NCBI RefSeq assembly: GCF_001194135.2
Contig: NC_069001.1
Span: 23,723,746 to 23,787,745, forward strand
DNA: 64,000 bases
Origin: Octopus bimaculoides
Lineage: Eukaryota
Direction of reading: 5' to 3'
The position numbers and the translations under genes were made by a program. Positions 23,330 through 37,000 of the stretch are shown in pieces. Under the pieces are notes generated by a model, which ran no database searches, was not told where the DNA came from, and saw only the letters and a list, made by a program, of their open reading frames with translations. Positions within the stretch are counted from its first letter, which is position 1. Each line of letters opens with the position of its first letter.

Positions 23330-24744
23330 TTAAAAAAAAAAACATTTTCCTAAAAGTTATGAGGGAAAAACTGGATCTTGGGAATTTTCACCGTTGCTTT
23401 CCACGCATCTTTCGTTTTTTTTTTTGTTTCATATTCATTTCCTCCGCATTTTCTTTTACATCAGTTGCACTATTTTTTCTTTTATTTTGTTTCCAGGTAA
23501 TACTGTAAACATGAACCAAATTTTGAATAACAAAAATCAAATTATCACAAGGGGGCATCAGGATTTTAGAATTGATTCGGTGGGGCATGGCCAAAAGTCG
23601 GCTGGGAACCATTGCTTTACACAAAGGCATTTTGCAAAGTGAACACATATATGAGGTCTCGACCTGATATCCTTTTGCTGTTTTTCTTTTTGGCAGCGAA
23701 CAGAAATCTGCAAACTCTTTTCCTTCCATTTATTTTTTCCACCTTATGGAAGTCAACTTTTTTTTTCTGTTGACATCCACCTCAGTTAATTTTGCTTTTC
23801 TGACATAGTGGATCGGGTCTTCCATGAACCGAAATCATACATTGAACAAATTTATTTCCTCCGTGACAGTTTAAAAAAAAACTTTTTGGTAAAAATCTCC
23901 CTCTCTAGAGGGAGATTTTTAGGTTAAACTAAAGCCTTTGACCCGAGTTCAAAAACGAAAAAACTTAGTGTAATAGATGTAAAACAACTTGCTGGGAACG
24001 AATATGAAAAAAAAAAAAAAAAAAAAAAAATGCGCGCTTGCGAGCGGGGGTGGAGAGGGCTCGGAACATTCACGATGTGAATGTTCCGAGTCCTCTCCGC
24101 ACCCCCTTTCGCGAGAGCGCGTTTTTTTTTTTTTTCATATTCGTTCCCAGCAAGTTGTTTTACACCTATTACACTAATTTTTTTTTGTTTTTGAGCTCAG
24201 GTCAAACGCTTTAGTTTGACCGATTTTTATTGTGGACTTGTTTTCTCTGTAAAATCAGGAATTGTGGTTGATGTAGTAATCTTCAACCATGTTGCTGTGA
24301 TGTTTTCAATACCATTTTCATCACTTTCATTTTTATCACGTTCATTATCAAAATCTTCCTCGTCCAACAAAGATTCCTAAATATCAATATCAGATTCGTC
24401 CAAAGATAAATCACTGTTGTTTACATTTATATTTTGCACATCATCAGGAGTAAAACCTTCAAAGTCAGAATCGCTACTGATGCCATATTGTTAAAAAATA
24501 AGATGTACACTTCTCTTCAAACATTGAAAAACCAAAAGGTCTAAAAAATGTCATGTTATTTTTACTTTAATAAAGGCAGGAAAGGCTTTATCTCACATTA
24601 TCTCAAGAATTCAGTAACTTGATTTGTTTATTTTTATAGCAATTTTGTAGAGGAATCAGATACAGCCAGGTTTGGCTGGTTCAAACAAATAAAGGAAAAT
24701 TATTTTCGGCCAGTTTTTGGTTGGTCTGAACACTAAAAGGTCAA
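23330..24744 (-). mobile_element. Internally deleted piggyBac-like transposon remnant
   Basis: Acidic N-terminus SSDSDFEGFTPDDV...DLSLDESDIDI (~24230-24486); C-terminal Cys-rich domain HKVEKINGRKRVCRF/CSLPKRKTAKGYQVETSYMCSLCKMPLCK (~23610-23745); degenerate end aaaagg-tcaa at 24735-24744. Left end unresolved. Confidence 0.6.
23922..24221. mobile_element. 300-bp almost fully palindromic MITE, GG...CC ends, perfect 8-bp TSD (Merlin-like)
   Basis: Arms ggttaaactaaagc...cttgctgggaacgaatatgaaa / tttcatattcgttcccagcaag...gctttagtttgacc folding on cattcac-gat-gtgaatg; TSD gattttta at 23914-23921 and 24222-24229. Confidence 0.92.
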
Positions 24745-25420
24745 GGTGTTTCATCAAACCCTTGTCATCAAGGAAAAGGCAGGCACAGAAACTAAATTAT
24801 AGTGGTGGTGATGATGGTAGCGATTGAAGAGGCAGCGGTGGTTGTGGAGACGGTCAGTGTAGGGTATGAAAAACTGAGATTTTAGAAGGTATGTCTAGTG
24901 GGGTAATTTTTGACTATATCACGTATGTATCTGTTTCTTTTGTAAACATTAGGATGTGACTGTATAGCATTTCTCTGTCTCTGTCTCCTCTCTCTCTCCC
25001 TCTTTGGCTTGTGAAGTAATCATGTTTATGCTGGAGGTTGCAATAGCAAAAGAACAGTTGCCAAGCGTAAAGAAAGTCAATGAAAATCTCTACAAACTAC
25101 TTCTTTCTTACATAGAAAGATATTTGTCTCTTCAAGCAATATACACAGATTATGAAAGTTATTGAAGACGTGTGATGCTGCTTCTTAATTAGATATTGGT
25201 TTTAGCTATAGAAGATTTGTGAAAGCCAGAGAGAAATGAGGCGGATACTTCCCCTAAAAGCATTAGTACAATAAATTAGAACCACAATAACTTCAATGAG
25301 GAAATGAAACTGGTTTTGCGTATTTGCTTCTTAAGTTATGGTGTATACTTTAGTAATAATGATGATGATGATGATGATGATGGTGATGAATATAACGATG
25401 GTGATGATGATGGTCCATTC

Positions 25421-25639
25421 TGTTATAATGTTGGAAACCTTAATGTCGGATTGTTATAATGTCCATTTTGGTATAGCAGTATAGTTGTTAGACCAGTTAA
25501 GACACGACTGTCTAAGAACATATACTTCATACTCTCACTCTCTCTCTCTACTCACCGACATCACGTTATTTATAATGACTTGTACATACCACTTGTCATG
25601 TGGGAGGGGAGTACCATTATTACTATTATCCCTGCAACA
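25421..25639 (-). repeat. 3' LTR of the Gypsy element (TG...CA)
   Basis: tgttataatg...ccctgcaaca; direct repeat of 30203-30408; adjacent polypurine tract. Confidence 0.85.
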
Positions 25640-25653
25640 TCTCCCCTTTTAAG
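25640..25653 (-). promoter_or_regulatory. Polypurine tract (PPT)
   Basis: Minus strand cttaaaaggggaga immediately before the LTR TG. Confidence 0.85.
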
Positions 25654-28600
25654 TTTTTTTCTTAGGGGTGTTATTTTATTTCTTTTTATATGACCCCACT
25701 TCCCATTTTTGAGTTTTTTTTCTTAGTTATACATTTAATATTTTTTTCCATTTGGCATCCACTTTCAGGAAATCTGTACATTTTCTTTTTCTTACACTTG
25801 TGCGCCTGGGTTCAATCACCTGTGGTGGTGTTGGTACTTGAAAAGTATCATATGACCATTCCATTGGTTCTTCCATTCTCTTGGGTTCACTCTCCACAAA
25901 TCTTTTTTTCAGTTGGTTCATGGTGTCTCTTGTGTAACCCTTTTCTACTTTTTACCAAGTATAGCATTTTCCCTATACATTTGGTAATCACGCCATCTTT
26001 CCAGTTCTGTTTTCCATTCTTATATGCCCTCACAAATTCCTTTTCACAATTTTGGAAAATCTTGCTGTACTTTCCATTACAATTTTTCTCTTCTTGCCAG
26101 GTGTCAAAGATTGATTTTACTTTCCTCGTAAACATCAGCTCTGCTGGTGACATACCTGCTGGTGTATTTGGATTTAGTGTCAAACTGTATACTCTTAAGA
26201 ATTGTTGTAGAGCTACCTTACACGCGACTTCCTTCTTCAACTTTCTTAGGGATCTCTTGAAAATATCGACAAAGTGTTCTGCCTATCCATTAGATCTGGG
26301 ATAGTATGGTACCATAGTTACATGTTCTATCATGAACGTTTTACAAAACTTTTTAAATTCAAAAGACACAAATTGTGTTCCATTGTCAGACACTAATGTG
26401 TCTGGGATGCCAAATCTTGCTAACAGCTCATATAAAAAATTTCACAGTTGAGGATGTTGGTTTTTTACACTTACAGATTTCTGACCATTTAGAGAAACTA
26501 TCAACTACCACTAAGAAGTATGAACCATTTAATGGATCTGTGAAATCGATGTGTTGTCTTAACCACAGAATGTCTACTTTTGGCCAAGGTTCACTTTTAA
26601 TCATGGGTAATTTTGCTGCTAGAGCACATCCTCTGCAGCGTTTCACTAAATCTTAGATTTTTCTATCCATTTTTGGCCAGTACACATAGCTACATATGAA
26701 AGCTTTCATTCTTGAAATACCAGGATGTCCAACATGAAATTCTTTCGACATTTGTTTTTTGTAGTCTTTCAGGTATCACTACTCTGTGCAAACATCAGTA
26801 CACGATCAAAAACTGAGTATAGGTTCACGTCTTGATTTCGTTTCATACCAATCCTGTTCCTATTTACTTTTCCTGACCACAGTGTTCTTTTCACTTCTGT
26901 TATGAATTTGTCCTTTTCTGCATTTCATTTTATACCTTCTAGGGTTACTAGTAATTGACGACCACGTTCCACATTACATTTTTTATTTCTCCTTCTGCTC
27001 TTAAAGCTGTGATTACTGTATCTTTGAATGGCTAGCAATGTTTCAGTAGCAGTCTGGACAAACCATCCATATGCCTTAGTTTTTTTTTATGGTAAATATT
27101 CCATTTTGTAGTCAAAATTCAATAAACTAGTGCCTTATTACTGTAGTTCATTTGCTGTGTGTGTTTGTATTCCTTTTTTAGAACCGTATATTGACAGTAG
27201 TGGGCAATGATCTGTTTGTATACAGAAACTTCTTCCATGAATAAATCTATGGAATTTTTTCTCACCAAATATGATTACTAACACTTCCTTTTCTATCTGA
27301 TTATAGTTTTTTCAGCTAGTAATAATGATCGTGACACATGGGCTAAAGCCTTTTTACTGCTATCATCGTATTTGTGCAGAAGCACAGCTCCTACACCATA
27401 ATCACTTGCATCTGTATCCAGTATAATATCCAACTTTGGATCAAAATGCATTAACGATCAGTCTGATGTTAAATGTTTTTTAACTCGTCAAATGCCTTCT
27501 GGCACTTCTCAGTCTAACATTCATTTTGTATTTTTCTTTAACAGATCATTAAGCGGGGTCCTTACATTATGTATATTGGGAATGTAAATTTGATAATAAT
27601 TTACTAAACCCCAGAATGCTTGTAGCATAGTTACATTATTCGGTTTGAGCATTTTTTTTTTATCGCAGTTGCTCTGGATGGATTTGGTTTCTGTCCATTT
27701 TTATCTATTATCTGGTTTCTGTCCATTTTTATCTATTATCTGGTTTCTGTCCATTTTTATCTATTACCTGGCCCAAGAAAAATCTTGCATTTTTCATCCA
27801 GTAACGTGGACCTGTATTCTCTAATCTTTTCAAATACCCTTTTTACATGTTCCACCTGTTGTTAGTATGATTTGCTTTTTACTAAGATATTGTCTAAATA
27901 GGCAATAGCAAAATCACAGTCTGCCAGCATTGTATCCATTACTTGTTGAAATATGGAAGGAGCCACTTTTACACCGAAGGGAAGCCGCTTAATTTCAAAT
28001 AAGCCACGGTGTGTATTAATGCTTAATAAGTGTGAGCATTCTTCTTCTACTTGAATTTGTAGATATGCCTCTGAGAGGTCTAATTTTGAGAAGAATTTCC
28101 CTCCATTCAATTTTTCAAACACTTCCTCAGAACTCAACAATGGGTAGTTAGGTGAGATTAAGCAATCATTCAACCCTGTTGAAAAATCTGCATTTTTCTG
28201 TTACTTTTCGTTTTTTGCGTAGACTGTAGGTGCTGCCCAATCTGAGTGGTCTGTCTTCTTGATTATTCCTAAGCTTTCAAGTCTTTCAAATTCTTTGTTT
28301 ACCTGGTCTGTTGCCACAAACGGTACATTCCGTTTTGGCTTAAATACATGTGTTGCACTTTGTTTTACTGCAATCTTTGCCTTTTGTTTTCATGCAACAG
28401 CCCAGTTCCTCTGGGAAAAACATCTGAAAATGTTTATTTTTGTTTCAGTCCCCCAGCCTCACTGAATCAACTATATTCCCACAAAAAACACTTATGGGTG
28501 TATTCTACAATTTGAACAATTCCATCCACTCTATGCCAAATAGATTAACTGAATTTTTTTGTACATATATTTTTGATGTTTTCATTTGGTCACGAAATGC

Positions 28601-29406
28601 TACATTACACACAAATTCACAGACAAAATACAATCTTTTGCCTGTAATGCTACGTGCAACTTTGGTAGATTTAATCAATCTCAGCTTACCAATATACTTC
28701 CAAGTTTCTCCATCTATAATGGTAATATCACTTCCAATGTCTAACTGCATTTTTACTCTCAAACTTTTAATTTTTACATTTACGAATTTTCTCTTTGTTA
28801 CATTACCATTTTCTTTCGATGACATACTGTTTATTCTTTTTCCTTTGTTCGAATGTTTTGTATTCTTAGTTCTACAGTGAACTTTTACATGTCCAATTTT
28901 TCCACAACGGAAGTATTCCGCTTTCTTAAATGGACAGGTTTTCCTCAGGTGTCGACCTCCACATGCAAAACATGGGATTTTTTTCCTGATTCTTGTCCTG
29001 TTTGTACTGTATTTTAGTACACACTTAACTTCTGTTCTACCTATTTTGCACTTGTTCCACTTGGGAGCAGTCTTTATGTTCAGTTTTCTCTGTGTCGCGT
29101 CTTAAATTTACTATTCTTTCACACTCTTCTGACACTTGTAAAGTTTCTGTTTGGTTTTATTCCAGCTTAGCGAGAATTCTTGTTCTTACTTCTGCATCTA
29201 TCTCTGCAATTAGCCCCTGAGTAAACATCAGGCACTTCAACATATCTGGCATTAATTTTCTGTTAACTCTACCAACATATGTGATGTTGTCCTCTTCATT
29301 GTTCTTTTCTTGTTCCAAACTTAACAACAAACTTTTCTTCTTATAAATTTTACACAATATGCCTATTGTATCTTTATGTGTCTATTGTGCCTTTATGTGT
29401 CTATTG

Positions 29407-29728
29407 TGAAGGTGCGTGGCTTAGTGGTTAGGGCATTCAGCTCACGATTGTAAGGTCATGAGTTCAATTCCCGGCGACGCGTTGTGTCCTTGAGCAACAC
29501 ACTTTATTTCACGTTGCTCTAGTCCACTCAGCTGGCAAAAATGGGTAGTACCTGTATTTCAAAGGGCTGGCCTTGTCACGCTATGTGTCACGCTGAGTCT
29601 CCTTGAGAACTACATTAGTGGTACACGTGTCTGTGGATTGCTCAGTCACTTGCACATTAATTTCATGAAAAGGCTGTCCCATTGATTGTATCAGCTGGGA
29701 CCCTCGTCGTTGTAACCGATGGAGTGCT
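29407..29728 (+). mobile_element. SINE family C inserted in the gag region
   Basis: gtggcttagtggttaggg (A-box-like), gagttcaattccc (B-box-like), tgtgtccttgagcaa; same family as 15197-15521. Confidence 0.88.
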
Positions 29729-30190
29729 CCTTGTATCAGAAGGTTTTCTCAGGAGTATGTAATTGCTGTAATGCTCATATTCTCTTGCTACCAGTTTTCT
29801 TAACATTAGATGCATTTTCATATTGTTGTCCCAATCTTTGCACTCTTTATTTGTTTGTATCTTCTATAGTATGCCCTGATGCTAACTCCTTTTTCTGGTT
29901 CATACTTAAACTCTGTTATCAAATTCACAATATAATCTGGTGAGAACATTTTTTCAACATTTCCTCACGACTCCCTATTCATTACTTGCAGCATTTGTTG
30001 CTTTAATAGTGATTGTTGTTGTTACTTCTGTTGTTCTTGCAGTTGTAGTTGCTGCTGTTGTTGTTCCTTCAGTTGCAGTTGTTGCTTGTTTTTGCAACTT
30101 GAGCAAACCAGCCAACAATTTTTTCATAATTTTACGATTTTTTTTTTCATAAAATTTGCACGAAAAGAAATTTTTATGAGTTTGTTAATT

Positions 30191-30201
30191 CCTCGTCACC
30201 A
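30191..30201 (-). promoter_or_regulatory. Primer-binding site (PBS)
   Basis: Minus strand TGGTGACGAGG one base after the 5' LTR end (…ACA g TGG…). Confidence 0.8.
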
Positions 30202-30202
30202 C

Positions 30203-30408
30203 TGTTGTAATCCTTAATCTTGGATTGTCATGACACCCACTTCCGTATAGCAGTGTAGTTGTTAGACCAGTAAAGACATGGCTATCTAAGAACATCTACT
30301 TTGTACTCTCTCTCTCTACACTGACTGACATCACCTTATTTATAGCGACTAGCATATACCACTCATCACGTGGGAGGGTGTACCATTATTACTTTTATCG
30401 CCACAACA
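30203..30408 (-). repeat. 5' LTR of the Gypsy element (TG...CA)
   Basis: tgttgtaatcc...gccacaaca; aligns by eye to 25421-25639. Confidence 0.85.
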
Positions 30409-30730
30409 TATAGGCACAAGGCCTGAAGTTTAGGGGGAAGGGGCTAATTGATTACATCAACCCCAGTGCTCAAGTGGTACTTATTTCATTGACCGTGAAA
30501 AAATAAAAGGCAAAATATAATAATAATAATAATAATCCTTTCTACTCTAGGTGCAAGGCCTGAATCTTTGGGGGAGGAGGATAGCCAATTGCAGTGGCCT
30601 CCAGTGTTTCACTGGTACTTTTTTTATATATCCTGGAAGGATGAAAGGCAAATTCAGCCTCAGCAGAATTTGAACTCAGAATGCATTTCATCCAGTGTGC
30701 TAAAAATTCTGCGAGCTCACCACCTTTTAC
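30409..30730 (-). mobile_element. Two SINE family B fragments (alternative-tail type) separated by (AAT)n
   Basis: taggcacaaggcctgaa...ggtacttattt...aaggcaaa (30409-30515) and tttctactctagg...gaatttgaactcagaa...tgctaaaaattctgc (30538-30730). Confidence 0.75.
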
Positions 30731-30774
30731 CAGCAAAATAAGCTGTTTACATCCAATGTGAAAACATTCTATAG

Positions 30775-33050
30775 AGAAATAGGAAAGGAGAAAATGACCA
30801 TTGAAGACCACTCTCCCATGGAAGAAGTCGAAAACTTTTAGAAAATATTTGGAATGATGAAAAGACTTACTATGAAAATGCAGACTGGATTAAACCACAG
30901 AAGGATCTGACCAAAATTTATCAGAACAAGCATGGGAAGACATCACAACAGCAAACTCAAGGATGACACTGATGAAGGCTCATAAGTGGAAATCCCCTGG
31001 TGATGATAGGGTGCCAAATTTCTGGCTCGCATCACTCCCGTATGTACACAAAGAATTAGTTCAGTTATTCAATGAAAACATGGGAGACTCTAAGGAAACA
31101 CCTTAGTTAGCAAGAAGTATTACTTACCTACTCCCAAAAAATAATGAAACCAAATTTCCCCTAAACTATTGGCCCATAACATGTCTATCTACCATGTATA
31201 ACATTTTAACATCCATTGTCAGAACGATATTTTCCCCACTGAACAAAAAGGGTGCTGATGAAGCTCATATTGATGCAAAGACCAATTCTTAATTGCATGT
31301 CTTTGAGAACTGTTATAACAAATGCAGAAATCTCAGTTTCACATAAATTCATTATAAAACGGCCTTTGACAGCACACTGCATTCATGGATCTTAAAATCG
31401 CTGGATATCTTCAAAATTTCTCCTGTGATTTCAAACTTCCTGAAGCACAGCATGTCAGTGTGGAATATCAATCTCCAATTATACCATTCTAATGGAGTAC
31501 TGACCACAAACAATATTAATATCAACTGTGGCATTTTCCAGGGTCACTCACTTTCACTTCTAATTGTTTGCAAAGCCCTAATATCCCTCACAAGTGAACT
31601 TCACAGAACAGAGCATCAGTATAAAATTGGCAACAAGAAAATAAGTCATCTATTTTAGATGGATGACTTAAAACTCTATGGCAAAAACAATAATGAGCTT
31701 GAAGGACTATTACATACTGTGAAGGCATTCAGTGATGATGTCTGGATGGAATCTGGTCTTGATAAATGTGCCATGGTCACTTTCCAGAAAGGGAAATTGA
31801 AGACCTCACATTCAGTGGAGTTAGATGTTGACACAGTTATGAAAGAACTTGAGCAGCAATAGACTTACAAATACCTCAGAATAAATGCAGTGTCTGGCAT
31901 TCACCATGCAAGCATGAAAGAGACGATCAGGAAGGAATGTTACAGGAGCGTTTGAACTGTGCTGAAGTTTGAATTAAATGCAGTTAACAAAGTGTTAGCC
32001 ATAAATTCCCTAGCAGTTCCAGTTGTTACTTATAGCTTCAATGTGTTGAACTGGAATATCAGTGAAATAAAGAAAATTGACAGGAAAATACATAAGCTGC
32101 TGACTCACAATAGGATGCACCATTCAAAGGCAGACGTAGATTGTCTTTACCTTTCCAGAGCTCAAGGAAGTCGAGGAATTTGAGATCTCTTGTAAAACCA
32201 CCACAATTGGACTGGCGAAATATCTTGAAACCATCAATCCAATGTGATGAAAAATGGAGTAGATCCAAAGTTACAATATAGCAACAATAAGATTGAAACA
32301 GTGGACCACCTAATCTTTGGGTGTAAGGTTTTAGCACCTGTAGAACATAAATTAAGACATGAAAGATTTGGCCAATATTTACACTGGATAATATGGCTGC
32401 ATTATAAAACCAAAACTGCTGATAAAAGGTACAAGCATCACCTTGAGGCTGTAACTGAGAGAGAAAATGTAATGATTCTTTGGGACTTTCCAGTATGTAC
32501 AGACCAGACCATCAAAGCTAATAAACCAGATATTGTTGTGAAAGACAAAAACAATACAGTTTTTTTATTGATTGACATGAGCATACCCTGTGACCTTAAT
32601 ATCTTGGCAAAAGAATTTGATAAGCTCAGAAAATATAAAGATTTGCTGATTGAAATCGAAAAGATGTGGCATCTGAAGATGGTTACAATACCAGTAATTG
32701 TAGGAGCACTTGGAATGATTAAAAAAGGAATTGAAAATTATTTAAGAATGATCCCTGGCTTACCATCCATGCAGGAAGTGCAAAAGATTGTCTTAACTGG
32801 TATGTCACATGTACTGAGAAGAACATTGTCGCTGTGAATTTTCTTTCCCTTTTCCCCTTTATTTTCTTTGTTTACTTTTTTTATTTTCCCCTGTTTTTCT
32901 TCCTCTTTTTCTCTGTCACATGACTTTGTAAATGAGCAATCTGGTGTGTTTATTTTAATGGCTTACCAGTGAGTTTCTCTACCCTAGGTGTCAGGAAGAC
33001 ACACAGCAAGAAATGGAAGCAAAATGGAAAGATGATGATGATGATGACAA
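30775..33050 (+). mobile_element. R4/Dong-clade non-LTR retrotransposon (RT plus restriction-like endonuclease), copy A, 5'-truncated
   Basis: KSPGDDRVPNFWL, GIFQGHSLS, HLF*MDDLKLY, ETVDHLIFGC...RH, ILWDF...KPDIVV...LIDMSIP...KLRKYKDL...IPVIVGALG (ORF 32244-32837); 3' UTR ending (GAT)n/aat. Confidence 0.9.
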
Positions 33051-33054
33051 ATAA

Positions 33055-33420
33055 TGATTTCAAATTTGGCACAAGGCCAGCAATTTGGGGGAGGGGTAAG
33101 TTGATTAAATTGACCCTAGTGTTCAACTGGTACTTATTTTATCGAAAGGATGAAAGACAAAGTTGACTTCAGGAGAATTTGAACTCAGAAGATAAGGATG
33201 GATGAAATGCTGCTAACTAAGCATTTTGCCTAGCATGCTAACAATTATACCATCTCACCACTTGATAATGATAATAATAATAATAATAACAACAATAATT
33301 CTTTCTACTGTAGGCACAAGGCATGAAATTTTGTAGAGAGGAAACTAGTCAATTTCATTGCCCCCCCCCCCAGTATTTCACTGGTACTTGATTTATTGAC
33401 CCTGAAAGGGCAAAAGGCAA
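33055..33420 (-). mobile_element. Two SINE family B copies/fragments amid (AAT)n/(TTA)n
   Basis: ggcacaaggccagc...gaatttgaactcagaa...gcatgctaacaatt (33055-33262) and tttctactgtaggcacaagg...aaaggcaaa (33301-33420). Confidence 0.75.
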
Positions 33421-34039
33421 ATATCATTAGTATTATTATTGTTATTATTATTATTATTATTATTATTAATGATAATAAGTCCAGGCTAAATAGCAACATG
33501 GATGGTCTCTAAGAAACTCTCTCCACAAAACAAACTTATTCCAATAACATTGGTGCAATGGAAGGAAAACTTTCCGATACAGCTATGGGAAAAGTCCTGT
33601 TAAAGCCAAGGAACTAGAAAATCGGAAAAGTTTTTGTTACATGCACTGTAGTTTCTTTCTTAAATGTGTGATCTCTCAATGTGACATATGCAAAACATTG
33701 AAACCAGCACCAGGAATACTGGAAAGACACTCTAGTTACACAGTAAGTATGTAAATTGAATAATTACCTACACATGCATCCATGTGTACATGCTAATATT
33801 TACAAGCAACATAAATACTGCCCACACGACACATACAGAGAAAATAAAAGAAAACCATGTGTTACTAGTGATGCTGTACCAAACAAAAACAAAGTGACTT
33901 TCCACAAATGAATATAAAATGGAGCAAATTAGTCATTAAGTTTAAAGCATAACTAAAAAATTATGCCTGGAAACATAGCTACGAAAAAAATAGAGGTGAT
34001 TTTCGATCTATCAGCCTATGATATGATAAATATATCTAT

Positions 34040-37000
34040 TTGATGAACAAGGAAGCAGTGTCATGGCAAAAAGTCAGCCTTGAACAAACAGTCCTGTCTC
34101 CTATTGTCATCTCAATGCTTTAATGACAAGACAAAACTCATGCCGGATTGGTCATCGCCTGGGATAATGGCCGCGTTAACCAGTGGGAAACCAGACTGTA
34201 GTCGGAAGTCTGCTGCTGGAACAAACTTTCAAAAATACGAACTACCAGGTGACCAGAACCAGGATAATTCTAACCTTAAACCTGTAGTGACACTACCAAA
34301 AACACCACCTAAAGCAAAATGCATAAAATGGATTAGAGAGGATTATAGAGATGTGTTGAAAGCTTTCTATACAGCTTAACTAAACCCAAACAATGAAACT
34401 TAGTAGACAACGAAGTGTGCAGATATATAGATAGATACAAATAAATTAAGTAATGTATGCAGAGACATCATTAAGAATAAAAGGTTAACTGATGCTAAAA
34501 TTAGCCAAATTAGGATACAAACATCTCATGGTAGACCAAATGTAAACAGCAACAATGCAGATGAAATAGGTAACAGATGCACAGAACCCAGCGTATGAGC
34601 AGTACATCACAACGAGGAAGCTGAAGAAAGAATAGCAAAGAACAGATATGCGGAAAAAGAGGAGAAAGTAGACCTACCCCAAGAACACCAGAATAGACAC
34701 TACCCAGAATCTGAGGTGAATAATAAAGAGAAAATCATAGAAGCAAAAGAAGATATTATCAAAGAACTCAGCAAGTCTGTCTCTACTGACATCATCAATA
34801 GAGAACCACTGGCAAAGTTCTCAAGCAGCATAAAAGATAACATATACAATGTTGCTCTTAGAAAGATCTTAAGTAATAAGGGAAATGACCTAACAACCCT
34901 AAATAACCTCATCTATTCCACTGCTAAAGTTGTAATTGCTCAACTAGGTATCAGGACAACATGGAAAAGGACCAACCATGTCAATAGATCTCCTAAGTGG
35001 AAAGTAGTAATACAAAAAGAGATTGATTTTTTGTGAGTGGATGTATCAGTTCTCGATGAACTTGCTAGAGGGGTAAATGTTAAGATGAAAAGAGCTAGAA
35101 AAATCCAGCAAAAATATAAAAGCAAAGATTTTATAAACTTCCCTGCAACCAATGAACAATTGAGACAATGAATACAACTGAAAGCCCAACGGTTTAGAAG
35201 GTGTGACAAAAGAGTCAAACTTTATCAACAAAACAAGATATTCAAGATGGATGCAAAGAAATTTTATAGGGAAATTGGCAAAAGTAAGATAGAAGTAAAG
35301 GAGCCACATAAGACTGAGGAAATGGAAGAGTTCTGGAAAAAGATATGGAGCAACAAAAAAGAATATAATACTCAGGCTCACAGGATGGAGCATGAGAAAG
35401 TGAGACTGGACGAAGTTGAAGAGCAGAAATGGGAGGCACTAGGAATAGAAGAGCTAAGAAATGTTCTTAGAAAGTCTCACAAATGGAGAACCCTAGGATT
35501 AGATTGATTTTTAACTTCTGGCTGAATTGTTTGTCAGAAGTACACCAAGATTTCGCTGCATCGCTGACTGATGTCATCCAGAACCCAGAGCAAATAACTG
35601 CCTGGATGACCGAAGGAACAACATACCTTCTTCCAAAAACTGAAGACACGAAAAATTCAAAGAACTACCAACCAATTATATGTCTCAACACCAACTGCAA
35701 GATCCTCCTGTCCACACTAACTGAAAGAATATACATTTTCCTGGAACAGAACTCTATCCTTCTGCAAACTCGAATTCTTATGGATGTGAAGATCAATTAC
35801 TCATAAATAAAATGATTGTGGAGAATTGCCAGAGCAACAAGAACCTGAGCGGGGCATGGATAGACTACAGGAAAGCTTTAGATAGTGTCCCACATAATTT
35901 GCTACTCAAGGCCCTACAAGATATACAAGATCTTTCCTGTAGTCTCCAAATTCTTCTAAGATAGCATGGCCAAGTGGAATACATGTCACCCTCTAATCCA
36001 TAGTAAGGGGATAAGCCAATCTAACAACATCAATATCAAATGAGGCATCTTTCAAGATGACTCCCTCTCCCTATTACTCTTTTGCATGGCACTGATCCCA
36101 CTCTCAAAAGAACTGAATAGCACCAGATATGGGTTCAAAATGCATAATATTATAGTAAGCCATTTGTTTCATATGGATGATCTGAAGCTGTTTGCTAGAA
36201 ATGACAAAAAGCTGGTAGAGCTGTTAACAATTGTTAAAGAGTTCAGCAACGACATTGGGATGGATTTTGGCCTTGATAAGTGTGCTAAAGCAACTTTTGT
36301 AAGAGGCAAGCTCAAACAAACAGTTTCCATTAAATTAGATACCAACACTACCATCAAGGAGCTTGACCCACAAGGAACTGGGGATAAACGGAGGAGACGC
36401 TATACAACATGCTACTATGAAGGAAAAAGAATACGAAAGGAGTATTACAGAAGAATACAAATCATACTAAAAACTGGACTCAACCCCCAAAATTGCATTG
36501 AGGCCATTAACACCCTGGCACTTCCAGCAGTCCAATACAGTTTTAACATCATTACAGAACTCCAATGCCTGGACAGGAAGACAAGAAAACTACTAACATC
36601 TAAGAACATGCACCACCCAAAAGTAGACGTTGATCGTCTGTACCTACCTTGAAGTAATGGAGGAATAGGAATGATGCAGGTAGAACTGGATGCTGTGGTT
36701 TGTGTGCAAACACAAAAGCAGCAACAAATTAAATTTATTGTCAAAGAAGCTTGCAAATTCAGAAGGGAACTTGGAATTAACACTGCATTAGATGAAGAAG
36801 CTGAAACCACTGCCATGAAAAAAGCAAAATGTATCAAACAGACTGCAAAAAAGAATGGTCAGAAACAAATTGAGGAGAGATGGAACCAGAAGCTTCTGCA
36901 TGGACGGTATATACTTTAAAGCCAAAATGCTGATGTAGACCAAGCAACAACCCATCAGTGGCTGAGAAGCTTAGGACAGAAAGCAGAGACTGAAGGTTTC

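Larger units (their letters stand above)
25421..30408 (-). mobile_element. Ty3/Gypsy LTR retrotransposon (Mag-like), two-LTR decayed provirus
   Basis: Minus strand: gag with tandem Cys/His knuckles (CFACGGRHLRKTC..FRCGKIGHVKVHC, ~28880-28985), protease MQLDIGSD, RT (FSKLDLSEAYLQ, PFGVKVAPSIFQ, AYLDNILV), RNase H (DASDYGVGAVL), integrase (HVGHPGISRMK..CRGC, HIDF, VSDNGTQF). Order PR-RT-RH-IN. Confidence 0.95.

Noticed and set aside
25690-26304. 204-aa hydrophobic plus-strand ORF
   Set aside because: Antisense shadow of the Gypsy integrase C-terminus.
29407-29480. tRNA genes at SINE heads
   Set aside because: A/B-box-like motifs only; no cloverleaf, and each continues into a SINE body.
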